Origin: Candidatus Saccharimonadales bacterium
GTDB taxonomy: Bacteria > Patescibacteriota > Saccharimonadia > Saccharimonadales > UBA4665
NCBI GenBank assembly: GCA_036489905.1
Contig: DASXEX010000037.1
Coordinates: forward strand, 1-36,309
Length of the DNA: 36,309 nucleotides
Direction: 5' to 3'
Shown: piece by piece, positions 1 to 9,106 of the stretch
Layout: each line of letters begins with the position of its first letter
Position numbering within the stretch: position 1 is the first letter of the stretch
The notes under the pieces: generated by a model
The model's input: the letters and a program-made list of their open reading frames with translations, nothing else
Told to the model about the DNA's origin: nothing
Database searches by the model: none
Translations under genes and position numbers: made by a program

Positions 1-2
1 AC

Positions 3-131
3 CGGGGAGCAGAGCGGCAAGCAGCCCTGCTGTCAGTAATTGAGACAGCCAAGAAGCAGGGGCTCGATGTATTGGAGACTATACAGCAATTAGTATGTGG
101 GGAGACGGTTCAGTTGTTTGGGGCTGAGTAG
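3..131 (+). mobile_element. 3' end of a transposase-like gene (partial, cut by the window edge; IS66-family-like C-terminus)
   Basis: Frame +3 is open from the window edge and reads RGAERQAALLSVIETAKKQGLDVLETIQQLVCGETVQLFGAE*, with TAG at 129-131. The RGAE..A...S.IET.K..G.D pattern resembles the conserved C-terminal helix of IS66-type transposases. Only 42 codons are visible. Confidence 0.35.
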
Positions 132-182
132 TAACATAATAAAGAATTCCTATTGCACCTAGTTGCTGATGAGTAGATTGGC

Positions 183-836
183 TTAAATCGCAACCCGGCG
201 GGGGCGGATGATGCGTTTGGGGCGGCCGGCTGGGACGATGAGCTTTTTGAGCCGTTGATCGACCATGTCAGCCTCTTTTTCCATGCCCGCATGCAGATAA
301 GCTTTGTGCAGCAGCGTGAGTGCCTCTTTGTTTTGCTCCAGTTCGGCGGCGATCTCTAGTTCCTGAATCATCAGCTTGGTGTTGCCGAGTTTCTCCTGAA
401 CCTTGGCGTACGCGACGTGGCGCGCGGCCAAATTGTCTTCCAGCTTGAGTGACTGCTCGAACGCGACTGCCGCTTTTTCGTAATTTTCCGTTTCATAATA
501 AATAAGCCCCAAGTTGTGCAAACTTGAGGGCGTGGATTCGATACTGCTGGCGATTTCAAAACAATCGATGGCGTCGCGGTACTCCTTTTGCTTGGCGTAC
601 AAAATGCCGAGCCGGTTATACGCGGCCGCATTTTTCTCATCAATTTTGAGAATAGTCAGCAAAGCTTTTTCGGCCCGCAAAAAACGGTTTTCGCGCATGC
701 CTTGGTGCGCGATATCCCACAATTTACCCAAACGGTCGCCGACCTTTCGCGACATGCCGGCGAATTCGTCGTCGTGGATATTCACGCTAAAGTAGGCGGC
801 TACCGCAAATGCGGCGACAATCAACAGCTCAAACAT
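183..836 (-). CDS. TPR-repeat protein with an N-terminal transmembrane anchor
   Basis: 217 aa ORF. The N-terminus MFELLIVAAFAVAAYFSV is hydrophobic. Repeated TPR-like units follow (AAYNRLGILYAKQKEYRDAIDCFEIA, LHNLGLIYYETENYEKAAVAFEQSL). Confidence 0.8.
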   Translation of the reverse strand: MFELLIVAAFAVAAYFSVNIHDDEFAGMSRKVGDRLGKLWDIAHQGMRENRFLRAEKALLTILKIDEKNAAAYNRLGILYAKQKEYRDAIDCFEIASSIESTPSSLHNLGLIYYETENYEKAAVAFEQSLKLEDNLAARHVAYAKVQEKLGNTKLMIQELEIAAELEQNKEALTLLHKAYLHAGMEKEADMVDQRLKKLIVPAGRPKRIIRPRRVAI

Positions 837-864
837 GTTTATTAATTATAGCAGACTTAAGGCT

Positions 865-1743
865 TCAAAGCGCAAGCATGAAGTTAGTGAGCACGAGTTT
901 TGCTTGGGCGTTCGCGAGAAGCGCAGCTTCGGCCTCGTAGCTGGCGGCCAGGATGCGTTGCCAGCGCGCCAGCGGGCGATTCGTTCCGTCTTTGCTGGCG
1001 GCCTGCTCAAGCGCAATTTGCGCCATTTGTTGCATAACGGTGAGTACGCGCTGGCAGTCAGCTTTTTGTTTGGCAAGCGTATCGACGGTAGCCAGACGCT
1101 CAAACGGCGAGACTTGCAGCAATTGCCGCGCTTGCGTTGCAGCTTGCGCAAGCGGATGGTCGGCATTGGTTAGCAGCGCGTGCATCAACCCCGGCAAGCC
1201 GCCGCTCATAAGATATGCTTGCCGAATTTTAGTCCGGTCGAAATTCTGTGCGACAAGATGCGCGGTCAGCGATTTTTCTGTCGGCCGTTTTACACTAATC
1301 GTCTGCGCGCGTGAGCGAATGGTCGGCAAAAGTTCCCGGTCGTTCGTAGCCGTCAGCCCGAATAGCGTATCGCTTGGCGGCTCCTCGAGCAGCTTCAGCA
1401 CGGCGTTTTGCGCCTCGAGCGTCATGGTGTGTGCTTGCTCCAAAATAATAATTCTTCGTGGCTTTTCTGCGGGCTGGTCGGCAATTTTGAGCTTGGTGAA
1501 CTGCTGCAGAGCACGAACCATGTCGATAGAAATTGAGCCGTTTTCCGGCGCGACGAATCGTACATACGGATATTTTACGAGCGCATTTTTGCCCGCCAAC
1601 TTGAGTAATTGCAGGCAAAGTGCTTGTGCAAGTGCCGACTTGCCGACGCCTTCCGGCCCGACAATTAGCAGCGCGTGGGCGGGGCGAGCAATGAAACTCT
1701 CGAGCTGTGCCTCTGTAGCCGCCTGAAGTACAAGCCCGTTCAT
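865..1743 (-). CDS. holB: DNA polymerase III delta-prime subunit (AAA+ clamp-loader)
   Basis: 292 aa. It has a Walker-A-like GPEGVGKS, the clamp-loader motif LKLLEEPP, and an SRC-like LPTIRSRAQ. Its ATG overlaps the upstream stop (ATGA at 1740-1743). Confidence 0.8.
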   Translation of the reverse strand: MNGLVLQAATEAQLESFIARPAHALLIVGPEGVGKSALAQALCLQLLKLAGKNALVKYPYVRFVAPENGSISIDMVRALQQFTKLKIADQPAEKPRRIIILEQAHTMTLEAQNAVLKLLEEPPSDTLFGLTATNDRELLPTIRSRAQTISVKRPTEKSLTAHLVAQNFDRTKIRQAYLMSGGLPGLMHALLTNADHPLAQAATQARQLLQVSPFERLATVDTLAKQKADCQRVLTVMQQMAQIALEQAASKDGTNRPLARWQRILAASYEAEAALLANAQAKLVLTNFMLAL

Positions 1744-2603
1744 TGCTTATGCTCCATTTTCTGTTCAAAACTTTTCGGCAATGGCGCGGTGAATGTTTTG
1801 CGCTCGCGGTTTGGTAACGTAATTTCCAGGCTCAGCGCATGCAAGAACATTCGCTCGCCTGGTTCGTCACCGTATAATGTGTCGCCGACAATCGGATGAC
1901 CAAGTTGCTTCAAATGTACACGCAGCTGATGCGTTCTGCCGGTTTGCGGCTCGAGATTGAGCATGGTGTAGTGTTCATTCACCTGCGTGACTTCGTATTC
2001 AGTTACCGCGGACTTGCCATTTGCGCCGACTCGAAAGGTCGCCGGCGCTTTCGGGTTGCGCTCAATCGGCATGTCGATGACGGCGTGTGTTTCCTTCAAC
2101 TTGCCCGCCACGATCGCCACGTACGTTTTCTTGACCTTCCGCTGCGAAAATTGCTTTTGCAGCCAACTCAAAGCCTCTGGAGTTTTGGCACAAATCATCA
2201 CGCCGCTCGTCGCCCGATCCAGCCGATGCACGATGCCAGCCCGCTCGCTATCCATATTTTTAGCGCGTGAGCCAAGCCAAGTAGCCACCGTCGCCTCCGG
2301 ATTAAACGCGCCCTTGCTGTGCGACAGCACACCAACCGGTTTGTTAATCACCACGCAATCGTCATCTTCATACAATATTGGCAGATCGATATCAGGAACT
2401 TGCGCAGCTTCCGCAACGTCGTAATCTACTTTTACTTGATCGTTTGCGTTTAATTTGTGACCTGATTTCGTGACTAGTTGGCCGTTGACAGACACTTTGC
2501 CCTGCTCGATCAACTTCGCCGCAAACGCTCGGCTGAGTTGCGGTATAAGTTCGACAACTTTCTGGTCCAACCGTAGCGTGCGGCTGGTTTCTGGGCCACT
2601 CAT
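1740..2603 (-). CDS. rluD: RluA-family (RluD-like) rRNA pseudouridine synthase with an N-terminal S4 domain
   Basis: 287 aa. It carries the catalytic motif HRLDRATSGVMICAKT and an N-terminal S4-like RLDQKVVELIP..SRAFAAKLIEQGKVSVNG. There is a 4-nt overlap with trpS. Confidence 0.85.
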   Translation of the reverse strand: MSGPETSRTLRLDQKVVELIPQLSRAFAAKLIEQGKVSVNGQLVTKSGHKLNANDQVKVDYDVAEAAQVPDIDLPILYEDDDCVVINKPVGVLSHSKGAFNPEATVATWLGSRAKNMDSERAGIVHRLDRATSGVMICAKTPEALSWLQKQFSQRKVKKTYVAIVAGKLKETHAVIDMPIERNPKAPATFRVGANGKSAVTEYEVTQVNEHYTMLNLEPQTGRTHQLRVHLKQLGHPIVGDTLYGDEPGERMFLHALSLEITLPNRERKTFTAPLPKSFEQKMEHKQ

Positions 2604-4144
2604 CTAACTATGCTACCGTTTGGAACGCTGTTCTCGGGTAAAAGTAAGACTGGGCCACTGCTTCCTTCGGCGGCCATAAGCATGCCATGGCTAGTAGTGC
2701 CGCTGAAGGTTTGCGCCTGGAGGTTGGCAACGATCGGCAGCTGCTTACCCACAAATGTTTCCGGCGCATAAAATTCGCGCATCCCGGTTACGACAGTGCG
2801 CGTTTCTGTGCCGAGGTCGAGTGTAAGCTCGATAAGTTTATCGCTACCTTCGATAGCTGTCGCTGCTGTCACGATTCCGACCCTTACGTCAAGCTTGGCA
2901 AAATCATCGAATGAAATAACTGATGGTTTGGATGCGCTCACCGCATGCTTGTTCTGCTTTGGTCGGCCTTGTTGCCGCAAGCCGACAGCACGCTGGACTT
3001 TATTAAGTGTGGTGTTGGCGACTTGATTCATAGCGGCTTCGGACGTTTCGAGCTTGGTCTGCAAAGCTTGTTCGTCGACTTGGGCCAACCGCGCCTGGAA
3101 GTCTGCCAGAAACGTTTTGACCTTTTCGGCAACAGTGGATTTTAGCTCACCGTAGCTGGTTTTGCCGACCCATTCACCTATAGTTTCGTCAAGCGGTTTT
3201 TGGTTGAGCAGGCTGAGAACCTGCAGCAGGTTACTAATGCCCGGCTGTTTTTCGTAATCAAGTGCGTTTGGAATTTTGGCGAGCGAATCAGTTTCGGCGC
3301 TCATGATTTTCTTGGCTGCCGCTTCCGGATCGTCACCAAGGAAAATAACTCCTTTCCCGGATTCGTCGCTCTTGCTCATTTTCTTGCCCGGATTTTGCAA
3401 GTCGCGAATTCTCAAGCCTTGATCCTTGCCAAAAAACTCATGCTGCTTCGCCACCGGCAACGGCAGTGTAAACAATCCGTCCGGAAACGCATCTGCAAAC
3501 TGCCGGTTCATCCGCTCCGCAATATCCCGTGTAAACTCCAAATGCTGCGATTGGTCATCGCCCACCGGCACATATCTCGCTCCATATAGCAAAATATCGG
3601 CGGCCATTAGGACTGGATAGTTTAACAAGCCCATAGAGCTAGATGTTTTGTTTTGCTCATTTAATATGTCGATTCTTTGATTAATTTTTGTCTCTATCTC
3701 TTCATCATCCCAGTATTGACTTCCTAGTTCATCTCTAAGCTGGTAAATTGCTTCACCTGCAATTGCCCTCGCACTTTTTTTTCCTGACTTATCTTTGTAT
3801 TGTGTCATTCTGTCCATTTCACCAAAATCAGTGAAGCAATCTAGAATCCACGTCAATTCGGAATGCGCCGGTACGTAGCTTTGGCGGTACAAAAATAAGT
3901 CCGGGTTTTGCAAGTCCAAACCGGCGGCTGCGAAAATTTTCAAATTATGCATGGTTTGTGCGTACAAACTTCGGTGGTCAATCGGCGTCGTGAAGCTGTG
4001 CAAATCCGGCACGAACAAATTTATTTGGTATTCGCCGGCGTGCTTGTTGGCCATATCGACCATCGGCAGCAGCGCCACAAAATAATTGCCAATATGCAAA
4101 TCATTATTGGCCCGCAGGCCGGTCAAAATTACTTGTTTGCTCAT
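2600..4144 (-). CDS. trpS: Tryptophanyl-tRNA synthetase with an internal ~50 aa insertion and a C-terminal Trbp111/EMAP-like tRNA-binding domain
   Basis: 514 aa. Class-I motifs are HIGN (LHIGNYF) and KMSKS (KKMSKSD). TrpRS-typical blocks are MDRMTQYKDKS and NYPVLMAADILLY. The C-terminal ~110 aa (FAKLDVRVGIV...GSDKLIELTLDLG...HGMLMAAE) looks like an OB-fold tRNA-binding domain. Confidence 0.85.
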   Translation of the reverse strand: MSKQVILTGLRANNDLHIGNYFVALLPMVDMANKHAGEYQINLFVPDLHSFTTPIDHRSLYAQTMHNLKIFAAAGLDLQNPDLFLYRQSYVPAHSELTWILDCFTDFGEMDRMTQYKDKSGKKSARAIAGEAIYQLRDELGSQYWDDEEIETKINQRIDILNEQNKTSSSMGLLNYPVLMAADILLYGARYVPVGDDQSQHLEFTRDIAERMNRQFADAFPDGLFTLPLPVAKQHEFFGKDQGLRIRDLQNPGKKMSKSDESGKGVIFLGDDPEAAAKKIMSAETDSLAKIPNALDYEKQPGISNLLQVLSLLNQKPLDETIGEWVGKTSYGELKSTVAEKVKTFLADFQARLAQVDEQALQTKLETSEAAMNQVANTTLNKVQRAVGLRQQGRPKQNKHAVSASKPSVISFDDFAKLDVRVGIVTAATAIEGSDKLIELTLDLGTETRTVVTGMREFYAPETFVGKQLPIVANLQAQTFSGTTSHGMLMAAEGSSGPVLLLPENSVPNGSIVR

Positions 4145-4183
4145 TGCTGATAGTATACCTTATCCGAGCGCTGGCGTCACGCA

Positions 4184-4923
4184 TCAGGCGGCGTCGTGGG
4201 CGTAACGCACGATAGTTGCGACGTGTCCAAACTTGCTAGTGGTACAAACTGCCTTTGGGTTAACTCGGCGTAATGCGTGATAAAGTTTCTTGCCAAAAGT
4301 GTAAGGGATAAAATGATCTTTTTTGGCGAGGACGATATGCACCGGATGAGTTTTCAGGATTTCGAGGTGGCTTTCGGGGCAAGGTCCGCCCATTCTTTTT
4401 GCAGGTCGGTTAATTTGTAGCCTTCGTTTTTGATGATGTTGCGTAAGCGCCTGGTGCGCCAGCCGGCCCAAAAAGCGGCAGCCAAGTCGTTGCCAGTGCA
4501 AACCATCGTGACGCTATCAAAATGTGGCAGTTTCTCAGCCGCAACGCACAGCGCGATGCCACCCAAGCTAAGACTGAGCAAGTCGATAGTTTGTATATGT
4601 TTCCGCGCGACGAGCGTGGCTATGTCCTCGGAAACCGCCAGCGCAATATATTCGAAGGAATTTTTGACTTTGATAATATCTCGCTCAAGAATAAGCGGAT
4701 TGAAATTGTAAACGAGGACGTTTGAGCCTTGGCGTACCAGGCGCCGTTCCAGTTGCGTAGTAAACCGGCTGGGCACATGCCAAGGCGGGAAAATTACGGT
4801 GAGTTTTGAAGAGTTTTTCGCTTCGGCAAACGTTGCTCTCGTTATTGCCTGGTCGCCCGAATATTTGGTGTCGAAAACAGGCTTGTGCAACTGACCCACA
4901 GCCGCGTAGATTGCGTCTAGCAT
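4184..4923 (-). pseudogene. Alpha/beta-fold hydrolase split by a 1-nt frameshift
   Basis: The 4354-4923 ORF (189 aa) has the strand LTVIFPPW and a nucleophile-elbow-like LLSLSLGG. The 4184-4501 ORF, in another frame, supplies the C-terminal PVHIVLAKKDHFIP (Asp) and KFGHVATI (His). The frames can be joined across the G4 run at 4376-4379. Confidence 0.55.
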
Positions 4924-4956
4924 AAGCCCAATGATGCCACAAATAACTGTAAGTTG

Positions 4957-5364
4957 CTAGCGCTTGGTGAACTGTCGCTGTTTGCGGGCGCCGCGGAGGC
5001 CGGGTTTTTGGCGTTCTTTTTCGCGCGGGTCGCGGCTGAGCAAATCGGCGCGCTTGAGCGTGCTTTTTAGGTCTTCGTTTACGGCCACTAAAGCTTTGGC
5101 GATGCCGAGACGGATGGCTTCGACCTGTCCGTCATGGCCGCCGCCGGAAACCTTCACCGAAACGTCGAACTTCTTTTCCTGTTCGAGCACGCTGAACGGC
5201 TGCTGCAATTTGCCAAGCAGCAGTTTGCTGCCAGCGAAATAATCTTCGGCTGGCTTGCCGTTCACGACAATCTGTCCTTTGCCGCCAAACATGCGCACGC
5301 GAGCCGTGGCGCTTTTGCGCCGCCCGAGCGCGTAGAAATATTTCTGCGATTGAGTAGTCGCCAT
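4957..5364 (-). CDS. rpsI: 30S ribosomal protein S9
   Basis: 135 aa. It has YALGRRKSATARV, GGGHDGQVEAIRLGIAKAL and a C-terminal ...RQFTKR. It lies directly downstream of rplM. Confidence 0.95.
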   Translation of the reverse strand: MATTQSQKYFYALGRRKSATARVRMFGGKGQIVVNGKPAEDYFAGSKLLLGKLQQPFSVLEQEKKFDVSVKVSGGGHDGQVEAIRLGIAKALVAVNEDLKSTLKRADLLSRDPREKERQKPGLRGARKQRQFTKR

Positions 5365-5366
5365 AA

Positions 5367-5816
5367 TTATTTACCTTCTTTCACTGAGATTTTCTCGGGC
5401 TTTTGGGCTTCGTGCTGATGCTCGGCACCGGCGTAGATTTTCAGGCGCAGCAAACGGGCGTCGCGAAGTTTGTTGATGGGCAGCATGCCGCGGACGGCGT
5501 GGAAGAGCGCATGGGTTGGATCTTTTTCCATTTTTTCTTTCAAGGTCGCTTCTTTCAGGCCGCCCGGGAAATGACTGTGGTGGTAATACATTTTTTGGTC
5601 AAGCTTTTTGCCGGTGACTTTGGTGTTTTCCGCGTTGATAACGACGACGTAATCGCCGCAGTCGATGTGGTGTGTGAATATCGGTTTGCCTTTGCCGGTG
5701 AGCAGGGTTGCGATTTGCGTGGCAACGCGGCCGAGCGGAGCTTCGCTGGCGTCAACCACGTACCACTTGCGCGTGACGTCGGTTGGCTTGGCGCTATACG
5801 TTTTCTGTGCCATCAT
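5367..5816 (-). CDS. rplM: 50S ribosomal protein L13
   Basis: 149 aa, with KWYVVDASEAPLGRVATQIATLLTGKGKPIFTHHIDCGDYVVVINA, typical of L13. The start overlaps the rplQ stop. Confidence 0.95.
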   Translation of the reverse strand: MMAQKTYSAKPTDVTRKWYVVDASEAPLGRVATQIATLLTGKGKPIFTHHIDCGDYVVVINAENTKVTGKKLDQKMYYHHSHFPGGLKEATLKEKMEKDPTHALFHAVRGMLPINKLRDARLLRLKIYAGAEHQHEAQKPEKISVKEGK

Positions 5817-6277
5817 TTTGCCTCCTTCTTGGCGGGAGCTTTTTTGGCTGGTGTTTTGGCAACCGGCTTCTTGGTTTCGACTTTAGCTTCGGCCGGTTTT
5901 GCAACCGGGGCTTCCGCAAGGTCGTCGACGAAACTGATGCGCGCCAGCTGGGCGTTGTCGCCGCGGCGCAGGCGCGTTTTTTCGATGCGCACGTGACCGC
6001 TCGTGCGGCTTTTGAGCTTCGGTGCGATTTCATCAACCAGTTTGTGCGCACTGGCGATGGTCTGTAGCTTGCTGATAATCTGGCGACGGTTGTGCAAATC
6101 GCCTTTCTTCGCTTTGGTAATGAGCTTTTCGACGTACGGCACGACTTCCTTGGCCTTTGGCAAGGTTGTCTCGATCGACTCGTACTTGACGAGTGAATCG
6201 GCCAAGCCCTTCACGAGCGCCCGGCGTTGGTCGCGTTCGCGGTGCAGTTTTCTGCCTTGATATCCGTGACGGTGCAT
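5813..6277 (-). CDS. rplQ: 50S ribosomal protein L17 with a Lys/Ala-rich C-terminal tail
   Basis: 154 aa. The N-terminus MHRHGYQGRKLHRERDQRRALVKGLADSL is typical of L17. It follows rpoA, as in alpha operons. Confidence 0.92.
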   Translation of the reverse strand: MHRHGYQGRKLHRERDQRRALVKGLADSLVKYESIETTLPKAKEVVPYVEKLITKAKKGDLHNRRQIISKLQTIASAHKLVDEIAPKLKSRTSGHVRIEKTRLRRGDNAQLARISFVDDLAEAPVAKPAEAKVETKKPVAKTPAKKAPAKKEAK

Positions 6278-6280
6278 GTT

Positions 6281-7231
6281 TTAGAGCTCCAGTTCCGCCA
6301 TTTTTTCTTTAACTTCGTCCAGGGCTTTGCTGCCAAAACCCTTGAGGTCGCGCAGCTCGGCATCGCTCAAGGAAAACAAATCCTTGATGGTGTGGATGTC
6401 ATTGTTGACGAGCGCGTTCGTCGTGCGGGCGCTCAGGTTCAGGTCTTCGATAGAGGTGTTGAGTGCGGTCGGCTCGTCGCCAGACTCATTATCAAGTACT
6501 GCACCTTGTGCCGAAGTTGGCACCATCGGTTCCGGTACGGCTACGCGAGTTTTGCCCGCGAGCGCGGTGTATTGGTTGACCAAAATCGCTGCGGCTTCCT
6601 CGAAGGCGTCGCGTGGCGTTATGGAACCGTCGGTGTCGATGGTCAAGAGCAATTTGTCGAGGTTGGTCATTTGGCCGACGCGAGTGTTCTCGACTTTGTA
6701 GCGGACGCGCTGGACGGGGCTGAAGATGGCATCGAGCGCCACGTGGTCGCTGGCTTTCTTGGCTGTGGTTTCTTCGATAGTGCGGTAGCCGCGGCCGACT
6801 TCCACGACGAGATCCATGGTAAGTCTCGCTTTGTCGCCATCAATCGTGGCGATAACGTGGCTCGGGTTCACGACTTCAACGTCAGCATTCACCTGGATAT
6901 CTTTGGCGGTGACAACGCCTTTGCCTTGATTGACGATGCGCAAGGTCTGTGGTTCCTCGGAAAAAACACGGAAGCGCACGCCCTTCAAGTTGATCATAAT
7001 GTCGACGACATCTTCCTTCACGCCTTTGACGGTCGTGAACTCATGAGTCACGCCTTCGATCTTGAAACCGGTCACGGCCGCGCCCGCGATGCTCGAGAGC
7101 AACACCCGCCGCAGAGAGTTGCCAAGCGTCATGCCATACCCGCTGTGCAGCGGCTCAACCCCGAACGTCGCGCTGGTGGCGCTGTGGTCATCGACGCTAA
7201 CGAGCCCTGGTGTGTAAATCATGTTTGACAT
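6281..7231 (-). CDS. rpoA: DNA-directed RNA polymerase alpha subunit
   Basis: 316 aa. It has an N-terminal assembly domain and a C-terminal domain (LNLSARTTNALVNNDIHTIKDL). It sits between rpsD and rplQ. Confidence 0.95.
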   Translation of the reverse strand: MSNMIYTPGLVSVDDHSATSATFGVEPLHSGYGMTLGNSLRRVLLSSIAGAAVTGFKIEGVTHEFTTVKGVKEDVVDIMINLKGVRFRVFSEEPQTLRIVNQGKGVVTAKDIQVNADVEVVNPSHVIATIDGDKARLTMDLVVEVGRGYRTIEETTAKKASDHVALDAIFSPVQRVRYKVENTRVGQMTNLDKLLLTIDTDGSITPRDAFEEAAAILVNQYTALAGKTRVAVPEPMVPTSAQGAVLDNESGDEPTALNTSIEDLNLSARTTNALVNNDIHTIKDLFSLSDAELRDLKGFGSKALDEVKEKMAELEL

Positions 7232-7247
7232 TTTTATGGTTCCTCCC

Positions 7248-7868
7248 TTATCGCGAGTAATATTCTACAATTAATTGTTCGTTGATATCAGGTTCAGCGT
7301 CGTCGCGCAGCGGCAGGCCAACGACGGTTACGGCAAACTTTTTGCGGTCAACTTTGAGCCACGCCGGTATGGCACTTGGTGCCGGGCTGACATCGTCGAT
7401 ACCTTTGAAGTATTCGTTCTGTTTGCTGCGGTCGCGCAAGACGATTTGGTCGCCTACTTTGATTCGGATCGACGGAACATCCACACGGATGCCGTTGAGC
7501 GTAAAATGTCCATGCGTTGCCAGCTGGCGTGCAGCTCGACGCGACGGCGCAAATCCTGCGCGGTACAAAACGTTATCCAAGCGTTGTTCCAAAAATTGCA
7601 ACAGCACTTGGCCGGACTGGCCGGGTACGCGTGAGGCTTCTTTCATAAGGTTGCTGAACTGCCGCTCCAGCAAACCGTACAAACGCTTGACCTTCTGTTT
7701 TTCGCGCAGCTGCAGGCTGTACTGGCTGGCTTTGGCTGGTCGGCGCCGGCCGCCGGCTTGTTGCCCGGGCGGCGTGGTGCGCTTGACCAAAGCTTTATGG
7801 GCTTTGGGGTGCAAGGCGTAGCCTTCGCGGCGGGACATTTTTACGATTGAGTGAGTGTCTCTTGCCAT
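7248..7868 (-). CDS. rpsD: 30S ribosomal protein S4
   Basis: 206 aa, with QLREKQKVKRLYGLLERQF and the S4 RNA-binding domain RLDNVLYRAGFAPSRRAARQLATHGHFTLNG. Confidence 0.95.
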   Translation of the reverse strand: MARDTHSIVKMSRREGYALHPKAHKALVKRTTPPGQQAGGRRRPAKASQYSLQLREKQKVKRLYGLLERQFSNLMKEASRVPGQSGQVLLQFLEQRLDNVLYRAGFAPSRRAARQLATHGHFTLNGIRVDVPSIRIKVGDQIVLRDRSKQNEYFKGIDDVSPAPSAIPAWLKVDRKKFAVTVVGLPLRDDAEPDINEQLIVEYYSR

Positions 7869-7877
7869 AATAGTATC

Positions 7878-8270
7878 CTACATGCGCCGTGCTTTCTTGG
7901 GACGGACGCCACCGTGCGGCATGCCGGTCACATCTTTAATAGCTTCTGCATGAATATCGACATTGTGCAAGGCGCGCACCGCGGCATCGCGGCCGAGGCC
8001 AACGCCTTTTACGAACACGTCAACTTTGCTTAAGGAGTATGTTTGCTTGGCAGCCTGTGCGGCTTTTTCGGATGCGACTTGTGCGGCGTAGGCGGTGCCC
8101 TTTTTTGAGCCGCGGAAGCCGCACGCGCCGGCGCTGGACGATGTGAGCGCGCCACCCTTCTGGTCGGTGAAGGTCACAATGGTGTTGTTGAACGTCGCCA
8201 AAATGTGCATTTGCCCTGATGGCACGCTGCGCTTAGCTTTTTTCTTCTTGGTTGTAGTTGCTTCTGCCAT
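7878..8270 (-). CDS. rpsK: 30S ribosomal protein S11
   Basis: 130 aa, with HILATFNNTIVTFTD, GFRGSKKGTAYAAQ and a C-terminal PHGGVRPKKARR. Confidence 0.95.
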   Translation of the reverse strand: MAEATTTKKKKAKRSVPSGQMHILATFNNTIVTFTDQKGGALTSSSAGACGFRGSKKGTAYAAQVASEKAAQAAKQTYSLSKVDVFVKGVGLGRDAAVRALHNVDIHAEAIKDVTGMPHGGVRPKKARRM

Positions 8271-8280
8271 AATTTTAAAC

Positions 8281-8670
8281 CTACGTCTTCGACGCTACTT
8301 TCTTAGCCGTGCCGCCGACCGTTACTTTCTTGCCGCGACGCGTGCGGGCGTTAGTTTTAGTGCGTTGCCCGCGTGATGGTAGGCTGGCTTTGTGCCGCAA
8401 ACCGCGATATGCGTTGATATCTTTCAGGCGCTTGATGTTGCCGCTGACGATACGTTGCAGCTCGCCCTCAACCGTGTGATTGGCGTTGATTATGTCTTGA
8501 ATGCGCGCGATTTCGGCGTCATTCAAATCTTTGACCCGCATGGTCGGCTCAACCTTGGCCGTCTTCAAAATATTAACCGCCGTCTTTCGGCCGAGACCGT
8601 ATACATACGTCAAGGCAATTTGTACTTGCTTGTCGCTCGGAATCGTTACTCCGGAAATTCTTGCTGCCAT
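8281..8670 (-). CDS. rpsM: 30S ribosomal protein S13
   Basis: 129 aa, with MAARISGVTIPSDKQVQIALTYVYGLG, YRGLRHKASLPSRGQRTKTNART. Confidence 0.95.
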   Translation of the reverse strand: MAARISGVTIPSDKQVQIALTYVYGLGRKTAVNILKTAKVEPTMRVKDLNDAEIARIQDIINANHTVEGELQRIVSGNIKRLKDINAYRGLRHKASLPSRGQRTKTNARTRRGKKVTVGGTAKKVASKT

Positions 8671-8673
8671 AAA

Positions 8674-8790
8674 TTAACCTTGCCGTTGCTTGTGCTTCGG
8701 CTTAAATTTGTTGATAACATAAACTCGGCCCTTGCGGCGGACGATTTTATCATCGGGGCTGATTTTCTTGACACTTGCACGCACTTTCAT
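8674..8790 (-). CDS. rpmJ: 50S ribosomal protein L36
   Basis: This is below the ORF-track cutoff. ATG at 8788-8790 translates to [38 protein letters not shown], with TAA at 8674-8676. GGAAGGAG lies upstream. It occupies the canonical slot between infA and rpsM. Confidence 0.9.
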   Translation of the reverse strand: MKVRASVKKISPDDKIVRRKGRVYVINKFKPKHKQRQG

Positions 8791-8837
8791 GCGGATCGTA
8801 CTCCTTCCAGGTGTGCACGACACACTGCTTAGTTTAT

Positions 8838-9059
8838 TTATGATTTGCGATAGGTGATTCTGCCCTTACTGAGATCGTAAGGCGTCAACTCGACCGTAAC
8901 GCTGTCGCCGGGTACGATGCGAATAAAATGCTTACGCATTTTGCCGGCAACGTGAGCTATGATTTGATGGCCGTTCTCAAGTTCGACACGAAATTGAGTA
9001 CCCGGAAGGGTCTCGATAATCGTTCCCGTTAACTCGATTACTTCCTTGTTGGATGCCAT
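8838..9059 (-). CDS. infA: Translation initiation factor IF-1
   Basis: 73 aa S1-like OB fold, with [42 protein letters not shown]. Confidence 0.95.
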   Translation of the reverse strand: MASNKEVIELTGTIIETLPGTQFRVELENGHQIIAHVAGKMRKHFIRIVPGDSVTVELTPYDLSKGRITYRKS

Positions 9060-9077
9060 AAATATAACTTAGAGAAA

Positions 9078-9106
9078 ATTATATCAGAGGAGTGCGCCAA
9101 TTACAA
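9078..9106 (-). promoter_or_regulatory. Candidate sigma70-type promoter for the infA/alpha-operon block
   Basis: The minus strand reads TTGTAA-N17-TATAAT, with TG one base upstream of the -10 element (TGATATAAT, extended -10 like). The -10 element ends about 18 nt before the infA ATG, and no SD lies between them, implying a very short leader. Confidence 0.55.

Noticed and set aside
6227-7228. 333-aa plus-strand ORF, plus many other long plus-strand ORFs such as 953-1726, 5403-5996, 16729-17487, 19375-20283 and 25012-25770.
   Set aside because: They lie antisense to unmistakable conserved genes (rpoA, holB, rplM, rpsC, rplD, fusA). Their Arg/Ala/Gly-rich low-complexity translations are typical of shadow ORFs in GC-biased coding DNA.
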